DNA of 60,094 nucleotides, counting the filler, from Nanobdellati archaeon (GTDB lineage: Archaea > Nanobdellota > Nanobdellia > Woesearchaeales > JAADFO01): the NCBI GenBank assembly GCA_013152815.1. It is 4 parts of 4 records of this genome, joined end to end, with 100 filler letters (N's around TTAATTAATTAA, not from the genome) between each part and the next. Parts side by side here need not be neighbours in the genome. Positions count along the whole stretch, not along the records: positions 1 to 18,143 come from JAADFO010000050.1; positions 18,244 to 36,841 come from JAADFO010000054.1; 2 more parts are not named here. The stretch is one strand, 5' to 3'. Every line of letters starts with the position of its first letter. The first letter of the stretch is position 1. Shown in pieces: positions 10,021 to 19,594 of the stretch. The translations under genes were made by a program, and so were the position numbers. A model generated the notes under the pieces. That model searched no databases, was not told where the DNA came from, and saw nothing but the letters and a program-made list of their open reading frames with translations.

Positions 10021-10716
10021 ATGATACAAGCAGTCATCTTTGACCTTGATAATACCCTGCTCGACTTCATGACCCTGAAACGGGCGTCCTGTGAATCTGC
10101 CATCGATGCGATGATCGATGCAGGCCTGAACGTCAGCAAGCATACAGGACTCAAGGTCCTCTTCGAACTCTATGACCGCTACGGCATCGAACACAAGGAG
10201 ATCTTCCAGAAGTTTCTCATGAATGTCATGGGCAAGGTGGACCATAAGATCCTCGCAGAGGGCATCGTCGCCTATCGGCGCATCAAGGAAGGTTATCTCC
10301 ATCCGTATCCAGGGGTCTTCTCGACGCTCATCGAACTGAAGAAAAGGGGCATCAAGACAGCCATCCTCTCTGATGCTCCCCGGATGCGGGCATGGACACG
10401 TCTCGCTTCCCTCCGCTTATCAGAGTTCTTCGACGTGGTCGTCACCTATGAGGATGTCATGAAGTACAAGCCAAATCCCAAAGGGTTCGAGATCGTCCTC
10501 CGGAAGCTGAAGGTACGGCCGCAGAACACCCTCATGGTCGGGGATTGGCCCCAGCGGGACATCAAGGGAGCAAACGCTCTCGGCATCAGGACCGCCTATG
10601 CCCGCTACGGCGCGACCAGGTTCTCGAAGACCATCAAGGCAGATTATGTCCTCAAGCACGTCAAAGATATCCTCAAGGTCATCGACAGGGAAAGCAAGAG
10701 AAGAAATACCTCCTGA
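10021..10716 (+). CDS. HAD-superfamily hydrolase (subfamily IA)
   Basis: FDLDNTL, SD, KP and MVGD...D motifs. Confidence 0.92.
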   Translation: MIQAVIFDLDNTLLDFMTLKRASCESAIDAMIDAGLNVSKHTGLKVLFELYDRYGIEHKEIFQKFLMNVMGKVDHKILAEGIVAYRRIKEGYLHPYPGVFSTLIELKKRGIKTAILSDAPRMRAWTRLASLRLSEFFDVVVTYEDVMKYKPNPKGFEIVLRKLKVRPQNTLMVGDWPQRDIKGANALGIRTAYARYGATRFSKTIKADYVLKHVKDILKVIDRESKRRNTS

Positions 10717-10725
10717 AGAGAGAGG

Positions 10726-10971
10726 ATGTCTGCCATGGCGACGCAAGATTCTCCGGATGAGCTGATGGTCATCGTCAGGACCAACGCCAAGAAGAACGCC
10801 TTTCTCGGTTTCGACGCTTCCCAGGATGCCTATCGGGTGGCGATCAAAGAGCCGCCTGAGAAAGGCAAGGCAAACAGGGAGCTTCTGCGGTTCCTCTCGA
10901 AGCATTTCAGGAGGCAGGCGAGGCTGATATCAGGTGCGACCTCACGGAAGAAACGCATACGGCTGCGCTGA
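10726..10971 (+). CDS. DUF167/YggU (UPF0235) family protein
   Basis: PPEKGKANREL and GATSRKK motifs. Confidence 0.85.
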   Translation: MSAMATQDSPDELMVIVRTNAKKNAFLGFDASQDAYRVAIKEPPEKGKANRELLRFLSKHFRRQARLISGATSRKKRIRLR

Positions 10972-11652
10972 TCAGGATCTCGTGTTCATGGTTCGTTGTC
11001 TGCCTATCTTCATCTCCCTCTTCAGCAGGTTGTAGGCCTTTCCGATGTCCTTGTCATCCAGGATAAGGGTGGCTTCACTCTGCGTGTTGACCAGGTCGAT
11101 GATGCTGATGTTCTCCAGTGCGAGCAGTTTGGTGACGGTGAAATAGAACCCTGGCTGGTCGATGCAGGGGCCGGGTATCTTCATGGAAAGCGAGGAGATG
11201 CCTCTTCTGGCTTTCTTGATGCGCTCGTTCCCCATGATCTTCTTGAACGCCTGCAGGTATCTTTCATTGCTCAGGATGAGCACCTCGTAGTTGCCATGGA
11301 TGATGTTCAGGGTGTCTCCTTCCTCGAAGTCCACGACAGCATAGAGTTTCTGGAGCTTTGGGAAGAGCGTGTTGGATTTCTGGATCGAGAGCTCGAAGAG
11401 ATTTGACTTGATGAGCAGGTCTGTCCTGGTGATCAGCGAGGAATAGGCAGCAGAGAACCGTCGGTACTGTCCGGTCTCCCGGCGGATGGCCATGGCGATG
11501 GCAGAGGTCTTGACCCTGCCCATCTCCTTCTCGATGTCTGGCCTGAGCATCTCGGCAAGGGCGACGATGTTGATGATGCCGTTCTCTAAGGCTTCGTGGA
11601 TGAAGGGCTTCTCTTCCAGAAGCTTCTTGGTCAGGTGGGCAACGGTAACCAT
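10972..11652 (-). CDS. Conserved hypothetical protein with probable N-terminal helical domain and C-terminal ACT-like domain
   Basis: GIINIVALAE...AIAMAIRR N-terminus; PG...LALENISIIDLVNT..E ACT-like pattern. Confidence 0.65.
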   Translation of the reverse strand: MVTVAHLTKKLLEEKPFIHEALENGIINIVALAEMLRPDIEKEMGRVKTSAIAMAIRRETGQYRRFSAAYSSLITRTDLLIKSNLFELSIQKSNTLFPKLQKLYAVVDFEEGDTLNIIHGNYEVLILSNERYLQAFKKIMGNERIKKARRGISSLSMKIPGPCIDQPGFYFTVTKLLALENISIIDLVNTQSEATLILDDKDIGKAYNLLKREMKIGRQRTMNTRS

Positions 11653-11722
11653 AACATTTCTTCTCCTTTTCTGTTAAATGATTAACATAAAGTTAATGTA
11701 GTATTTATGGTTTTGGTCTTTC

Positions 11723-11944
11723 ATGGACTTCAACATCCCCACCAGACCAGGACGTGATCCCCAGACCATCGCTGCGGTGGCCGAGAAAGAATTCGTCTCT
11801 GCCATCGAACTCCAGCCAGACGGCAGCAGACACCTTTATCATATCCCCCTCGATGTCATGAGACAGCTCGATGAACTATCAGAGTATCGTGCCGTGGTAA
11901 GGATGCCTGAGAACTATCTCTTTGCTGTGCTGCCCCCTCAATAG
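11723..11944 (+). CDS. Small hypothetical protein
   Basis: 73-aa ORF with host-like codons and a TATA-like element upstream. Confidence 0.5.
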   Translation: MDFNIPTRPGRDPQTIAAVAEKEFVSAIELQPDGSRHLYHIPLDVMRQLDELSEYRAVVRMPENYLFAVLPPQ

Positions 11945-12408
11945 TCTGTCTCTTCCTCTTCTTTGGGGCCTGTCTCATACTGTCCCGGTGCCTGGTCCAG
12001 CATCCATTCGGTAAGCATTCTTGTCTCGTACTCATCCTCCGTGTGGATGGACTCGTGGACATAGACCATGTTATGATTTCCAGACTCGTGCAGATTATCT
12101 CTCACGACCATAAAATCCTGCCAGAGATAGGTGAAGCCGAGAAGGCCAGGACCCATGAACGCCATGGGATGGGTCTCGAAACGTTTGACCGGAATGTGCT
12201 TGGTGGTGTCTCTTGCTGTCCTTCGTGAGGAGACGACATACCTCGTCGTGTATTGCGCATGATTGCCATTGACTCTTGGTCGGGGAATGTAGTATGTGAT
12301 CGGTCGGCGCTCTTCTTGCTTCTCTTTCTCCTGTACCTTCTGCAGGGCAAGCCCTATCTCGTCTGCCCAGCTCTTCTTCTCTTTCCACTCATCTGCTGCA
12401 AATTCCAT
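11938..12408 (-). CDS. Hypothetical protein with HExxH (zincin-like) motif
   Basis: LLGFT...VYVHESIH...E; start at ATG 12408 downstream of TTAAATA. Confidence 0.6.
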   Translation of the reverse strand: MEFAADEWKEKKSWADEIGLALQKVQEKEKQEERRPITYYIPRPRVNGNHAQYTTRYVVSSRRTARDTTKHIPVKRFETHPMAFMGPGLLGFTYLWQDFMVVRDNLHESGNHNMVYVHESIHTEDEYETRMLTEWMLDQAPGQYETGPKEEEETDY

Positions 12409-12520
12409 CGAATGAGAGAGGCAGACCCGGCTATTTAAGATTTGAGGAGCAAAGGAAAAAACAGATACGCAGTCAATGCCTATGCAGGCAGACATCATCA
12501 TCCTTTTCTGTTCCACAAGA

Positions 12521-12552
12521 TTTAAATAGGATTATGCATCATTATGCATAAT
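12521..12552 (+). promoter_or_regulatory. TATA box plus palindromic operator candidate
   Basis: TTTAAATA (12521-12528) followed by ATTATGCAT twice, including the palindrome ATTATGCATAAT (12541-12552). Confidence 0.55.
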
Positions 12553-13048
12553 GGTTCGTCCCCGAAAACTTCGACGCATAAGCCAGCTGCCCAAGACAAC
12601 CTATTTCAAACCCCGATCCGTCCCGGTGGCAAAGCTTGAGCGGGTCGACGTATCCTTCGACGAACTGGAGGCCATGCGGCTTGTCGACCTGGACGGTCTT
12701 GACCAGTCGACGGCAGCAGAGAAGATGCAGATCCATCAGTCGACCCTGCATCGTTCGCTTATGGCTGCCCGTCGTGCGGTTGTCGATGCTCTCGTGAACG
12801 GCAAGGCCATCAGGATACAAGGAGGTGCATACACCATGCCAGATGGAGATAATACAGGACCAGGAGCAGAGAGAGGAGGCCAACATCTTCAGAGAAGGGT
12901 GCGGGGTTCCTCATCAGGAGGACCAGGGGGAATATGCAGATGCACAAAATGCGGCTACGAGATGCTCCACAAGCAAGGAACGCCATGCTTCAAAGAGCGA
13001 TGTCCCACCTGCCATGTTCCTCTTGAACGGAAGAGCGATGAACGATGA
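12551..13048 (+). CDS. DUF134 (UPF0251) HTH protein with C-terminal Cys4 metal-binding segment
   Basis: RPRK.R...FKP, ELEAMRLVD...Q..AA..M.I, CRCTKCG...CPTC. Confidence 0.85.
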   Translation: MVRPRKLRRISQLPKTTYFKPRSVPVAKLERVDVSFDELEAMRLVDLDGLDQSTAAEKMQIHQSTLHRSLMAARRAVVDALVNGKAIRIQGGAYTMPDGDNTGPGAERGGQHLQRRVRGSSSGGPGGICRCTKCGYEMLHKQGTPCFKERCPTCHVPLERKSDER

Positions 13049-13115
13049 AAGGCATATTTTATAATGATGCAGGGATTGCCCTCCTTCAGGGATAGGACCA
13101 GAGGTATCAAAGACC

Positions 13116-13979
13116 ATGCTCGCTGAAATCTTTCTTGCCAGCCTCAAGGAGAGCCTGGTCATCATCACGCTCATCTTCGTGATGATGGTCATAGTAGAGT
13201 TCCTTGTGCTCCGCTATCGCAGGAAAATAACCAGCGCAATCGGCAAGGGACGATTCTTTTCGTACATCCTCTCTTCTTCTTTCGGTATCATCCCCGGCTG
13301 CGTCGGGACGTTCACCATGGACACCCTCTATATGGGGGGGCTCCTCAGTTTTGGGGGCATCGTTGCTGTCATGGTAGCAACAAGCGGTGATGAAGCCTTC
13401 CTCATGCTCTCGCTCGCTGCCAGCGGAAAGCTTTCCTGGGCGCTGATCCTTGTCCTCATGCTGACGCTCTTCCTCTTCGGTATCCTGGCAGGCTGGTTGG
13501 GGGATGTCTTCGTGAAGAAGACCAGGATGACCTTCTGCAAACATTGCAGCATCGTCGACCACCGGGTCGATGAATTCAATATCCGTCATTTCATGAAGAA
13601 GCACATCGTGGAACACATCCTCCGGCGTCATCTCTGGAAGATCTTCCTCTGGGTCTTTGCCGCCCTTTTCGTCATCGGCCTGTCTGAAGGTTTCATCAAC
13701 GCAGACCATCTCTTTGCCGGGCAAACCATGATCTTCGTCCTGGTCATCGCAGCCCTGATAGGGCTTCTTCCCATCTCAGGGCCCAATGTCTTCCTGGTCA
13801 TGCTCTTTTCCCAGGGCCTTATCCCGTTCTCCATCCTTCTCGCTAATTCCATCGTCCAGGACGGTCATGGCCTGTTGCCGATCATGGGCTTCTCCATGGA
13901 CGATGCGGTGAAGATAAAAGCGTTCAATTTCGTCTTCGGTCTTGTGGTGGGCGGGGTCTTCCTCGCTCTGGGGTTCTGA
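13116..13979 (+). CDS. Putative multi-TM metal transporter (putative manganese/heavy-metal exporter family)
   Basis: GIIPGCVG, ATSGDEAF and SIVQDGHGLLP motifs; multiple hydrophobic helices. Confidence 0.75.
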   Translation: MLAEIFLASLKESLVIITLIFVMMVIVEFLVLRYRRKITSAIGKGRFFSYILSSSFGIIPGCVGTFTMDTLYMGGLLSFGGIVAVMVATSGDEAFLMLSLAASGKLSWALILVLMLTLFLFGILAGWLGDVFVKKTRMTFCKHCSIVDHRVDEFNIRHFMKKHIVEHILRRHLWKIFLWVFAALFVIGLSEGFINADHLFAGQTMIFVLVIAALIGLLPISGPNVFLVMLFSQGLIPFSILLANSIVQDGHGLLPIMGFSMDDAVKIKAFNFVFGLVVGGVFLALGF

Positions 13980-14051
13980 GCACAACGGTCGTGCCTGCAG
14001 CGATGGGTTCCACGCCACAGGATCTTTTATGGCTCTTTTTCTGCTCTTGCG

Positions 14052-14190
14052 GGCTAAGCCAAGTTTGTGGTGGGACTGCTACAAGGCACCCTGCAGGGGG
14101 CGACCCCCGCCTTGTCATCGTCGATCAGGTTTGCATCTGCAAACGCATCCTGATGACGGATGACGCAGTCCCAATTAACCTGACTTAGCC
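14052..14190. mobile_element. MITE-like element, family 2 (139 bp)
   Basis: Imperfect ~26-bp terminal inverted repeat (GGCTAAGCCAAGTTT..TGGGACTGC / GCAGTCCCAATTAACCTGACTTAGCC); 9-bp flanks GCTCTTGCG / GTTCTTGCA. Confidence 0.65.
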
Positions 14191-14234
14191 GTTCTTGCAT
14201 AAACCTTAAAAAGACGATATGCGTCTGCTTGATC

Positions 14235-14831
14235 ATGGAATTTCACGAGATCGTCATGAAAAGGTATGCGACAAAGAAGTTTGACGGCAGGAAGGTCCCG
14301 GAGAAGACGTTCTCTGAACTGATGGAGCTGATACGGTATAGTGCTTCTTCCTACAACATCCAGCCCTGGAGATTCATTGTCGTTACTGACGACAAGACCA
14401 AGAAACAGCTCAAGAAGGCCGCCTACCTGCAGCCGCAGATCGATACCTGCTCTCATCTCATCGTCATCTGCGCAGATACGCGATTGCTCAAGCTTGCCGA
14501 CAGGCTCGAATCCCTGCTGAAGAAGAACAAGGTCCCGCTTCTCCAGAGAAAGGCATACCTGACCGTTGTCCGCTCCTCGATGAAGAAGTCCCCTGAAGAG
14601 GCACTCATCTATGCACAGAAGCAATGTTACCTCGCTTTGGGCAACGCCATCAACGGCGCCAAGGCGCTGGGACTGGATTCCTGCCCGATGGAAGGGTTCG
14701 ACCGGGAGAAGTTCGCTGAGATCCTCGCATTGCCGGACCATCTCGTGCCGACGGTCATCTGTCCTGTCGGCTACGCTGCTGATGAACCCCATAAGAAGAT
14801 GCGCTTCGATGATGTTGTTACGTTCTTATAG
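14235..14831 (+). CDS. Nitroreductase-family NAD(P)H oxidoreductase
   Basis: RYATKKF, SSYNIQPW and GLDSCPMEGFD motifs. Confidence 0.92.
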   Translation: MEFHEIVMKRYATKKFDGRKVPEKTFSELMELIRYSASSYNIQPWRFIVVTDDKTKKQLKKAAYLQPQIDTCSHLIVICADTRLLKLADRLESLLKKNKVPLLQRKAYLTVVRSSMKKSPEEALIYAQKQCYLALGNAINGAKALGLDSCPMEGFDREKFAEILALPDHLVPTVICPVGYAADEPHKKMRFDDVVTFL

Positions 14832-14856
14832 GCGATAAAAGAAAAAAAGAGGAACC

Positions 14857-15339
14857 TTAACGGTCCCTTCCCTGTCCCATGCTCTGGCCAAAGTTGTCGC
14901 AGGAGCCGTCGCCATCAGCATCGACAAAGTTCTGGTGGCTGCCCATGCCCTGTCTGTGACCCCTGCCCATCATTCCGGCATGTCCTCTTCCCCTGCCGTT
15001 GCCGAGTCCGAGTTCAGCTCTGAGCTGGGCTGCAGTGTCCTGGTCTCCTTCTTCCATGGCTTCGTGCATGTTTGCGAACGTGGCGAAGTTGTCCTGGTTG
15101 ACGACCTCCAGCATGTGGGGGTTTCTTCCGTCCTCTGCCATGAGCGCTGCCCAGGCGTCATAGTCGTTGTTGTCGAATGCAGCTTCCATGGCCTGGTGCC
15201 TCTCTTCGCTGTAGTTCGGTCCTTTGCTGGCATAATCTCCGCGGTAGGCGTTCACTGCACCCACGATAAGGACTGCACTGAGCGCCATCACTGCGAAGAT
15301 GCCTATCATGCTTGTCTTCTTCATCTTGTGTTCCTCCAT
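14857..15339 (-). CDS. Secreted hypothetical protein
   Basis: Signal-peptide-like N-terminus; Gly/Arg/Met-rich tail with DADGDG. Confidence 0.7.
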   Translation of the reverse strand: MEEHKMKKTSMIGIFAVMALSAVLIVGAVNAYRGDYASKGPNYSEERHQAMEAAFDNNDYDAWAALMAEDGRNPHMLEVVNQDNFATFANMHEAMEEGDQDTAAQLRAELGLGNGRGRGHAGMMGRGHRQGMGSHQNFVDADGDGSCDNFGQSMGQGRDR

Positions 15340-15522
15340 GCCGTCGGGTTGTCTCCTTGGACGATCTCAACGGCATACCCCTGAGAATGGTGGCCGCATA
15401 TATAAACGAGAAGAAGGGAAGATGTGCATCTCTGGTCCACTTTTCTCCTGAACTGGTCAGACTATATCCAAGGGCAATCCATCTCCATGAAGAGAAAGCC
15501 ATAAAGAGAAAGAAAAAAGAAA

Positions 15523-18143
15523 TCAGGTATTGTAGGGGACACACTGGGTGACAAGACCGTTCAGCCAGGATGCAAAGGCACACTCTCCTAATGCTTCACA
15601 TTCTTCCTTGTCACAGACATTAAAGAAACCTCTTCCGCATTCACTGCATGCATTGTTCCTTACGGGTTCCCGATAGGCTTGCGCCCCGATGTTCCTTCTC
15701 GGCACGAAGCGGTCTCCTGTGGTGGTCTTTGTCGAATCCGATGTTCCGTAGGGGCTCGTACAGACGCCGTTGGAGCAGGAATCGCTGCATTTCTCGTCGT
15801 TGACCCATTCGGTGCAACCATCGCCGTCGTTGTCCTTGCAGGTCTGGACGTAGATGCCATCGCATCTTTTGCTTCCGGAGGCGCATTGGTCAGAACAGCC
15901 TTTTTCGATGGTTGCTGTACCGCAGGTGATCGTGTCTGAAACACCGTCATCCTGGTATTCGTTTATCTTGATGGTGTAGGTCCCTGCATCGTCATAGGCA
16001 TGGTACTCTGTCCTTCCGTCGTTGCATCCGGCAGTGTCGCTGACTCCGTCTCCGAAGTTGAAGTTGCAGGTCCCTGAATCATCTCCTGCCTTTTTATGGA
16101 GTGTCGTCTGTATATTTTTTCCTTCCTCAGCTGTCTGGGTATTGATGTCACAGGAAGCACAGAGTTCACAGCCGAGGCGGGCTCCTGATGGACAACTGCA
16201 TTCTGTATCGCAATAGTCTATCTTGCCGTCGTTATCATCATCCTTGCCGTTGTTGCAGGTCTCTTTGCAGGTCGCATCACCGCCGGAACAGTCGTCGTCT
16301 TTTCCGTTGCCGCAGATCTCTGTCTCTCCGGGGTTGACTGAGTTGTCTGAGTCTTTGCAGTCTCCTGAGGGGCTTCCGCACCAGGTGTATTCGTTGTAGC
16401 CGTCTTTGTCGGTGTCGCAGGTGCTTTGGCAGTTGGAGTCTTTCATGTCGGTGTAACCGTCGCAGTCGTTGTCTTTCTCGTCAGTGCAGGTGTTCTCTGT
16501 TGATTCGCTGGTTGATGAGGTGGTCTGGGTGCAGCTGCTCCAGTCTCCTGATGAGCTGCAGGTCTGTTTGCCGTCTTTGCAGATTCCTTTCTTGCCGGTG
16601 TCACACCATCTGGTCTCTCCTGACGAGCATTCGGTGACGGTCACTTCAATCTCATCGTAGGCAGAGTAGTCTCCGTCGTTGTCCTTTGATTTGGCTTTCA
16701 GATGGTGGCTATCTGCTCCGTAGGCTGTCCAGGTGTAGGTGTAGTAACCGTCGTCATCTTTGTCTTCGTCTGAACCGAGGTAGCTGCTATCGGCGTAGAA
16801 GTAGACAGAAAGTATCGTTCCGTCTGCATCTGTCGCTTTTGCTTTGATGGTGACTTTCGTATTTGGTGCAAAGCTCGTTCCCTCTTCAGGGTCAGTGATG
16901 TCTGTGGTCGGTGCCTTATTGGTGCAGTTCGCGTCTGATCCGTCACAGTCCTCATCGATGCCGTTGCCGCAGATCTCTGTCGTCGCAGACTGATCCTGCT
17001 TGCAACCGCCCCATGAACCGGATGAGCTGCAGGTCATCGTCCCTGCTGAACAAATGCCGTACTTTCCGGTCTCACAGTCCTTCTTTTCACCGGATGAACA
17101 CTCGACGACCTTGATCTTCTGGGAATCGTAGGACGAGTAGGCGCCAGCATCATCCTTTGACCGCACTTTCAGCGTATGGTCGCCGATACCGTAGGCTGTC
17201 CAGGTGTAGGTGTAGTAGCCGTCGCTGTCTTTGGATGTGTCTGTGTACTTGTTGGTATCGTCGACGTAGAAGTATACTTTGCTGATGTTGCCGTCGCTGT
17301 CCGATGCGTTTGCTTTCATGTACACCTTGTCGTTTTCAGTATAGGTCGCATAATGGTCCGGGCTGATCAAGTCGACCAGAGGGGGGTTGTTTTTGCAGAC
17401 AGCATCACCGTCGGAACAGTCGTCGTCTTTTCCGTTGCCGCAGATCTCTGTCTTGCCTGGGTTGACCGCTGCATCGTCGTCGTTGCAGTCTTTTCCTGCG
17501 TAGGGGCAGCTGCTGTCTCCGTTCTTGCCGTATCCATCATTATCCTTGTCGGTGCAGACCGGTTCTTGATTGGGACAGGCAGGATCATCCTTGCAATCTT
17601 TGTCATCGCAGTCGGTGTAACCATCTGCATCGTTGTCTATGCGGTCATCACAGGGATATTCCCCGTATGCTGTGACTTTACACGCATCGTCATCATTGCA
17701 GTCCGGATCTTCACAGTCCAGGGCATCATCTCCATCGTTATCCAGCTCATCGTTGCAATCGCTCTCCTTATCAAGACATGCTCCTTCAGCGCACTGGCCA
17801 GGACAGTACACATAACTCTTTGAGTCGGTATCTCCTTGGCAGATCCGTTCTAAGACCTGTGTCTCGCTTGCACATTCATCGTATAGGGTATAATCTCCTG
17901 TATCTCCGTTGTATCCGGTTACATAGCCCGCATTGTAGATGTTATCCCCGTCTGAGTCTTGACAGGTGTCCGATTCTGTTGGTTCTGCTCCTTTACAGGC
18001 ACCCTTTTCGCAGCCGTTGTCGCAGACTATCTCTTCCGTCGTCTTGACCTTTCCGTCTTCGCAGTAGTTTTCCCGCAGATAACAGTACTTATCCGAGCAT
18101 TCATCTGTATCGCCGCCGAACAGAAAAAAAGAGGTGTAACAGC
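15523..18143 (-). CDS. Large Cys/Asp-rich surface protein (putative metal-binding repeats, Ig-like and PKD-like domains), 5'-truncated at contig end
   Basis: Frame stays open upstream of the listed 17811 start to the gap; repeated NPG.TEICGNG.DDDC motifs and Ig-like modules. Confidence 0.85.
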
Positions 18144-18243
18144 NNNNNNNNNNNNNNNNNNNNNNNNNNNNNNNNNNNNNNNNNNNNTTAATTAATTAAN
18201 NNNNNNNNNNNNNNNNNNNNNNNNNNNNNNNNNNNNNNNNNNN
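18144..18243. other. Artificial contig linker
   Basis: N runs flanking TTAATTAATTAA (stops in all six frames). Confidence 0.95.
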
Positions 18244-18936
18244 GACATCATCGACGTCAACTGCGGCTGCCCTGCCTGGAAGGTCATCAAGACCGGAGCA
18301 GGATCTGCTCTCCTGAACGACCCGAAAAAGATCGGCTCCTTCATCAAACGCATCGCAGAAGCTATCAAACAGCCCGTCACGTTGAAGATCCGCTCTGGCA
18401 TCGACAAGAACTACATCAACGCGGTGGAGGTGGCTGTCGAGGCAGAAGCAGCGGGTGCAGCGGCCATCGCCATACACGGCAGGACACAGAAGCAAGGCTA
18501 CAGAGGCATAGCAGACTGGGACATCATCAAGAAAGTGAAGGAGTCTGTCCATATCCCTGTCATCGGCAACGGTGACATCTTCACGCCAGAGGATGCAAAG
18601 CAGAGGATAGAGCACTCTGGTGTCGATTATCTGCTGGTGGCAAGAGGGGCCCTGGGCAACCCCTTCCTGTTCAGGCAGATACAGGCTTATCTTAGGACCG
18701 GCGCCTACAAGGAATACGATGAGACGCAGAGAGCTGCGGCATTGAATGAGTATCTTGGACTTGCAGAACAGTATGGCGTGCCTTTCCAGACCATCAAACA
18801 TAACGCCACCCGGTTCTTCAGGGGATCCATGGGGAGCAAACGTGCGAGAACGGTCATCGCAGCAAGCAAGGATCTTGTTTCACTCCGGAAAGGCATGGTA
18901 AAGTATAAAAGCAACGGGCTTTCCGGCAGGGTCTGA
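18244..18936 (+). CDS. tRNA-dihydrouridine synthase (Dus family), 5'-truncated
   Basis: DVNCGCP, GAGSALL, KIRSG, HGRT, GNGDI and ARGALGNP motifs. Confidence 0.93.
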   Translation, partial: DIIDVNCGCPAWKVIKTGAGSALLNDPKKIGSFIKRIAEAIKQPVTLKIRSGIDKNYINAVEVAVEAEAAGAAAIAIHGRTQKQGYRGIADWDIIKKVKESVHIPVIGNGDIFTPEDAKQRIEHSGVDYLLVARGALGNPFLFRQIQAYLRTGAYKEYDETQRAAALNEYLGLAEQYGVPFQTIKHNATRFFRGSMGSKRARTVIAASKDLVSLRKGMVKYKSNGLSGRV

Positions 18937-18940
18937 TATC

Positions 18941-19594
18941 ATGGTAAAGATTCTTGGGATCGATGAAGCGGGTCGAGGGCCGGTCATAGGGCCGATGGTG
19001 CTCGCGGCAGCCATGATCGAGGACGGACGTCATGCTTCCCTGAAAGACATGGGCGTGAACGACTCGAAGAAACTCACCCCTGAGATGAGAGACAGGCTCT
19101 TCGGCCTGTTGAAAGGACATCTCCTCGATTATCGTTTCAAGATCCTTTCGGTCCGGCAGATCGATGCTGCTGTGGATTCTCCCACCACCAACCTCAACCG
19201 GCTCGAGATGGCCTATATGGGCGCACTGATCGATGAGCTCAGGCCCGACGTCGTCTATATCGATGCGCCGACGGTCAGCACCGACAAGTTCTCTGCAGAG
19301 CTCATGGACCGTCTTGACAACAAGAAGGTCAGACTGGTCTGTGAGAACAGGGCGGACGCCAAGTATCCCATCGTCGGCGCAGCATCCATCATCGCCAAGG
19401 TGAAACGGGACAAGGAGATAGAGAAGCTCAAGAAACGGTTCAAGGTGGACTTTGGCTCAGGGTATCCTTCCGATCCCTATACCAAGATCTTCCTCAAGGA
19501 AAACTTCGACAAGTATCCCTTCTTCCGGAGGTCCTGGGCACCCTGGAAGAACCTCAACCAGAAGCACAACCAGAAGCGGCTCGGTGACTACTGA
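18941..19594 (+). CDS. rnhB: Ribonuclease HII
   Basis: GIDEAGRGPVIGP, DSKKL, AASIIAKV and GSGYPSDP motifs. Confidence 0.97.
   Translation: MVKILGIDEAGRGPVIGPMVLAAAMIEDGRHASLKDMGVNDSKKLTPEMRDRLFGLLKGHLLDYRFKILSVRQIDAAVDSPTTNLNRLEMAYMGALIDELRPDVVYIDAPTVSTDKFSAELMDRLDNKKVRLVCENRADAKYPIVGAASIIAKVKRDKEIEKLKKRFKVDFGSGYPSDPYTKIFLKENFDKYPFFRRSWAPWKNLNQKHNQKRLGDY

Noticed and set aside
18144..18243. TTAATTAATTAA palindrome within N runs (also at 36842-36941 and 55771-55870)
   Set aside because: Synthetic all-frame-stop contig linker, not biological.
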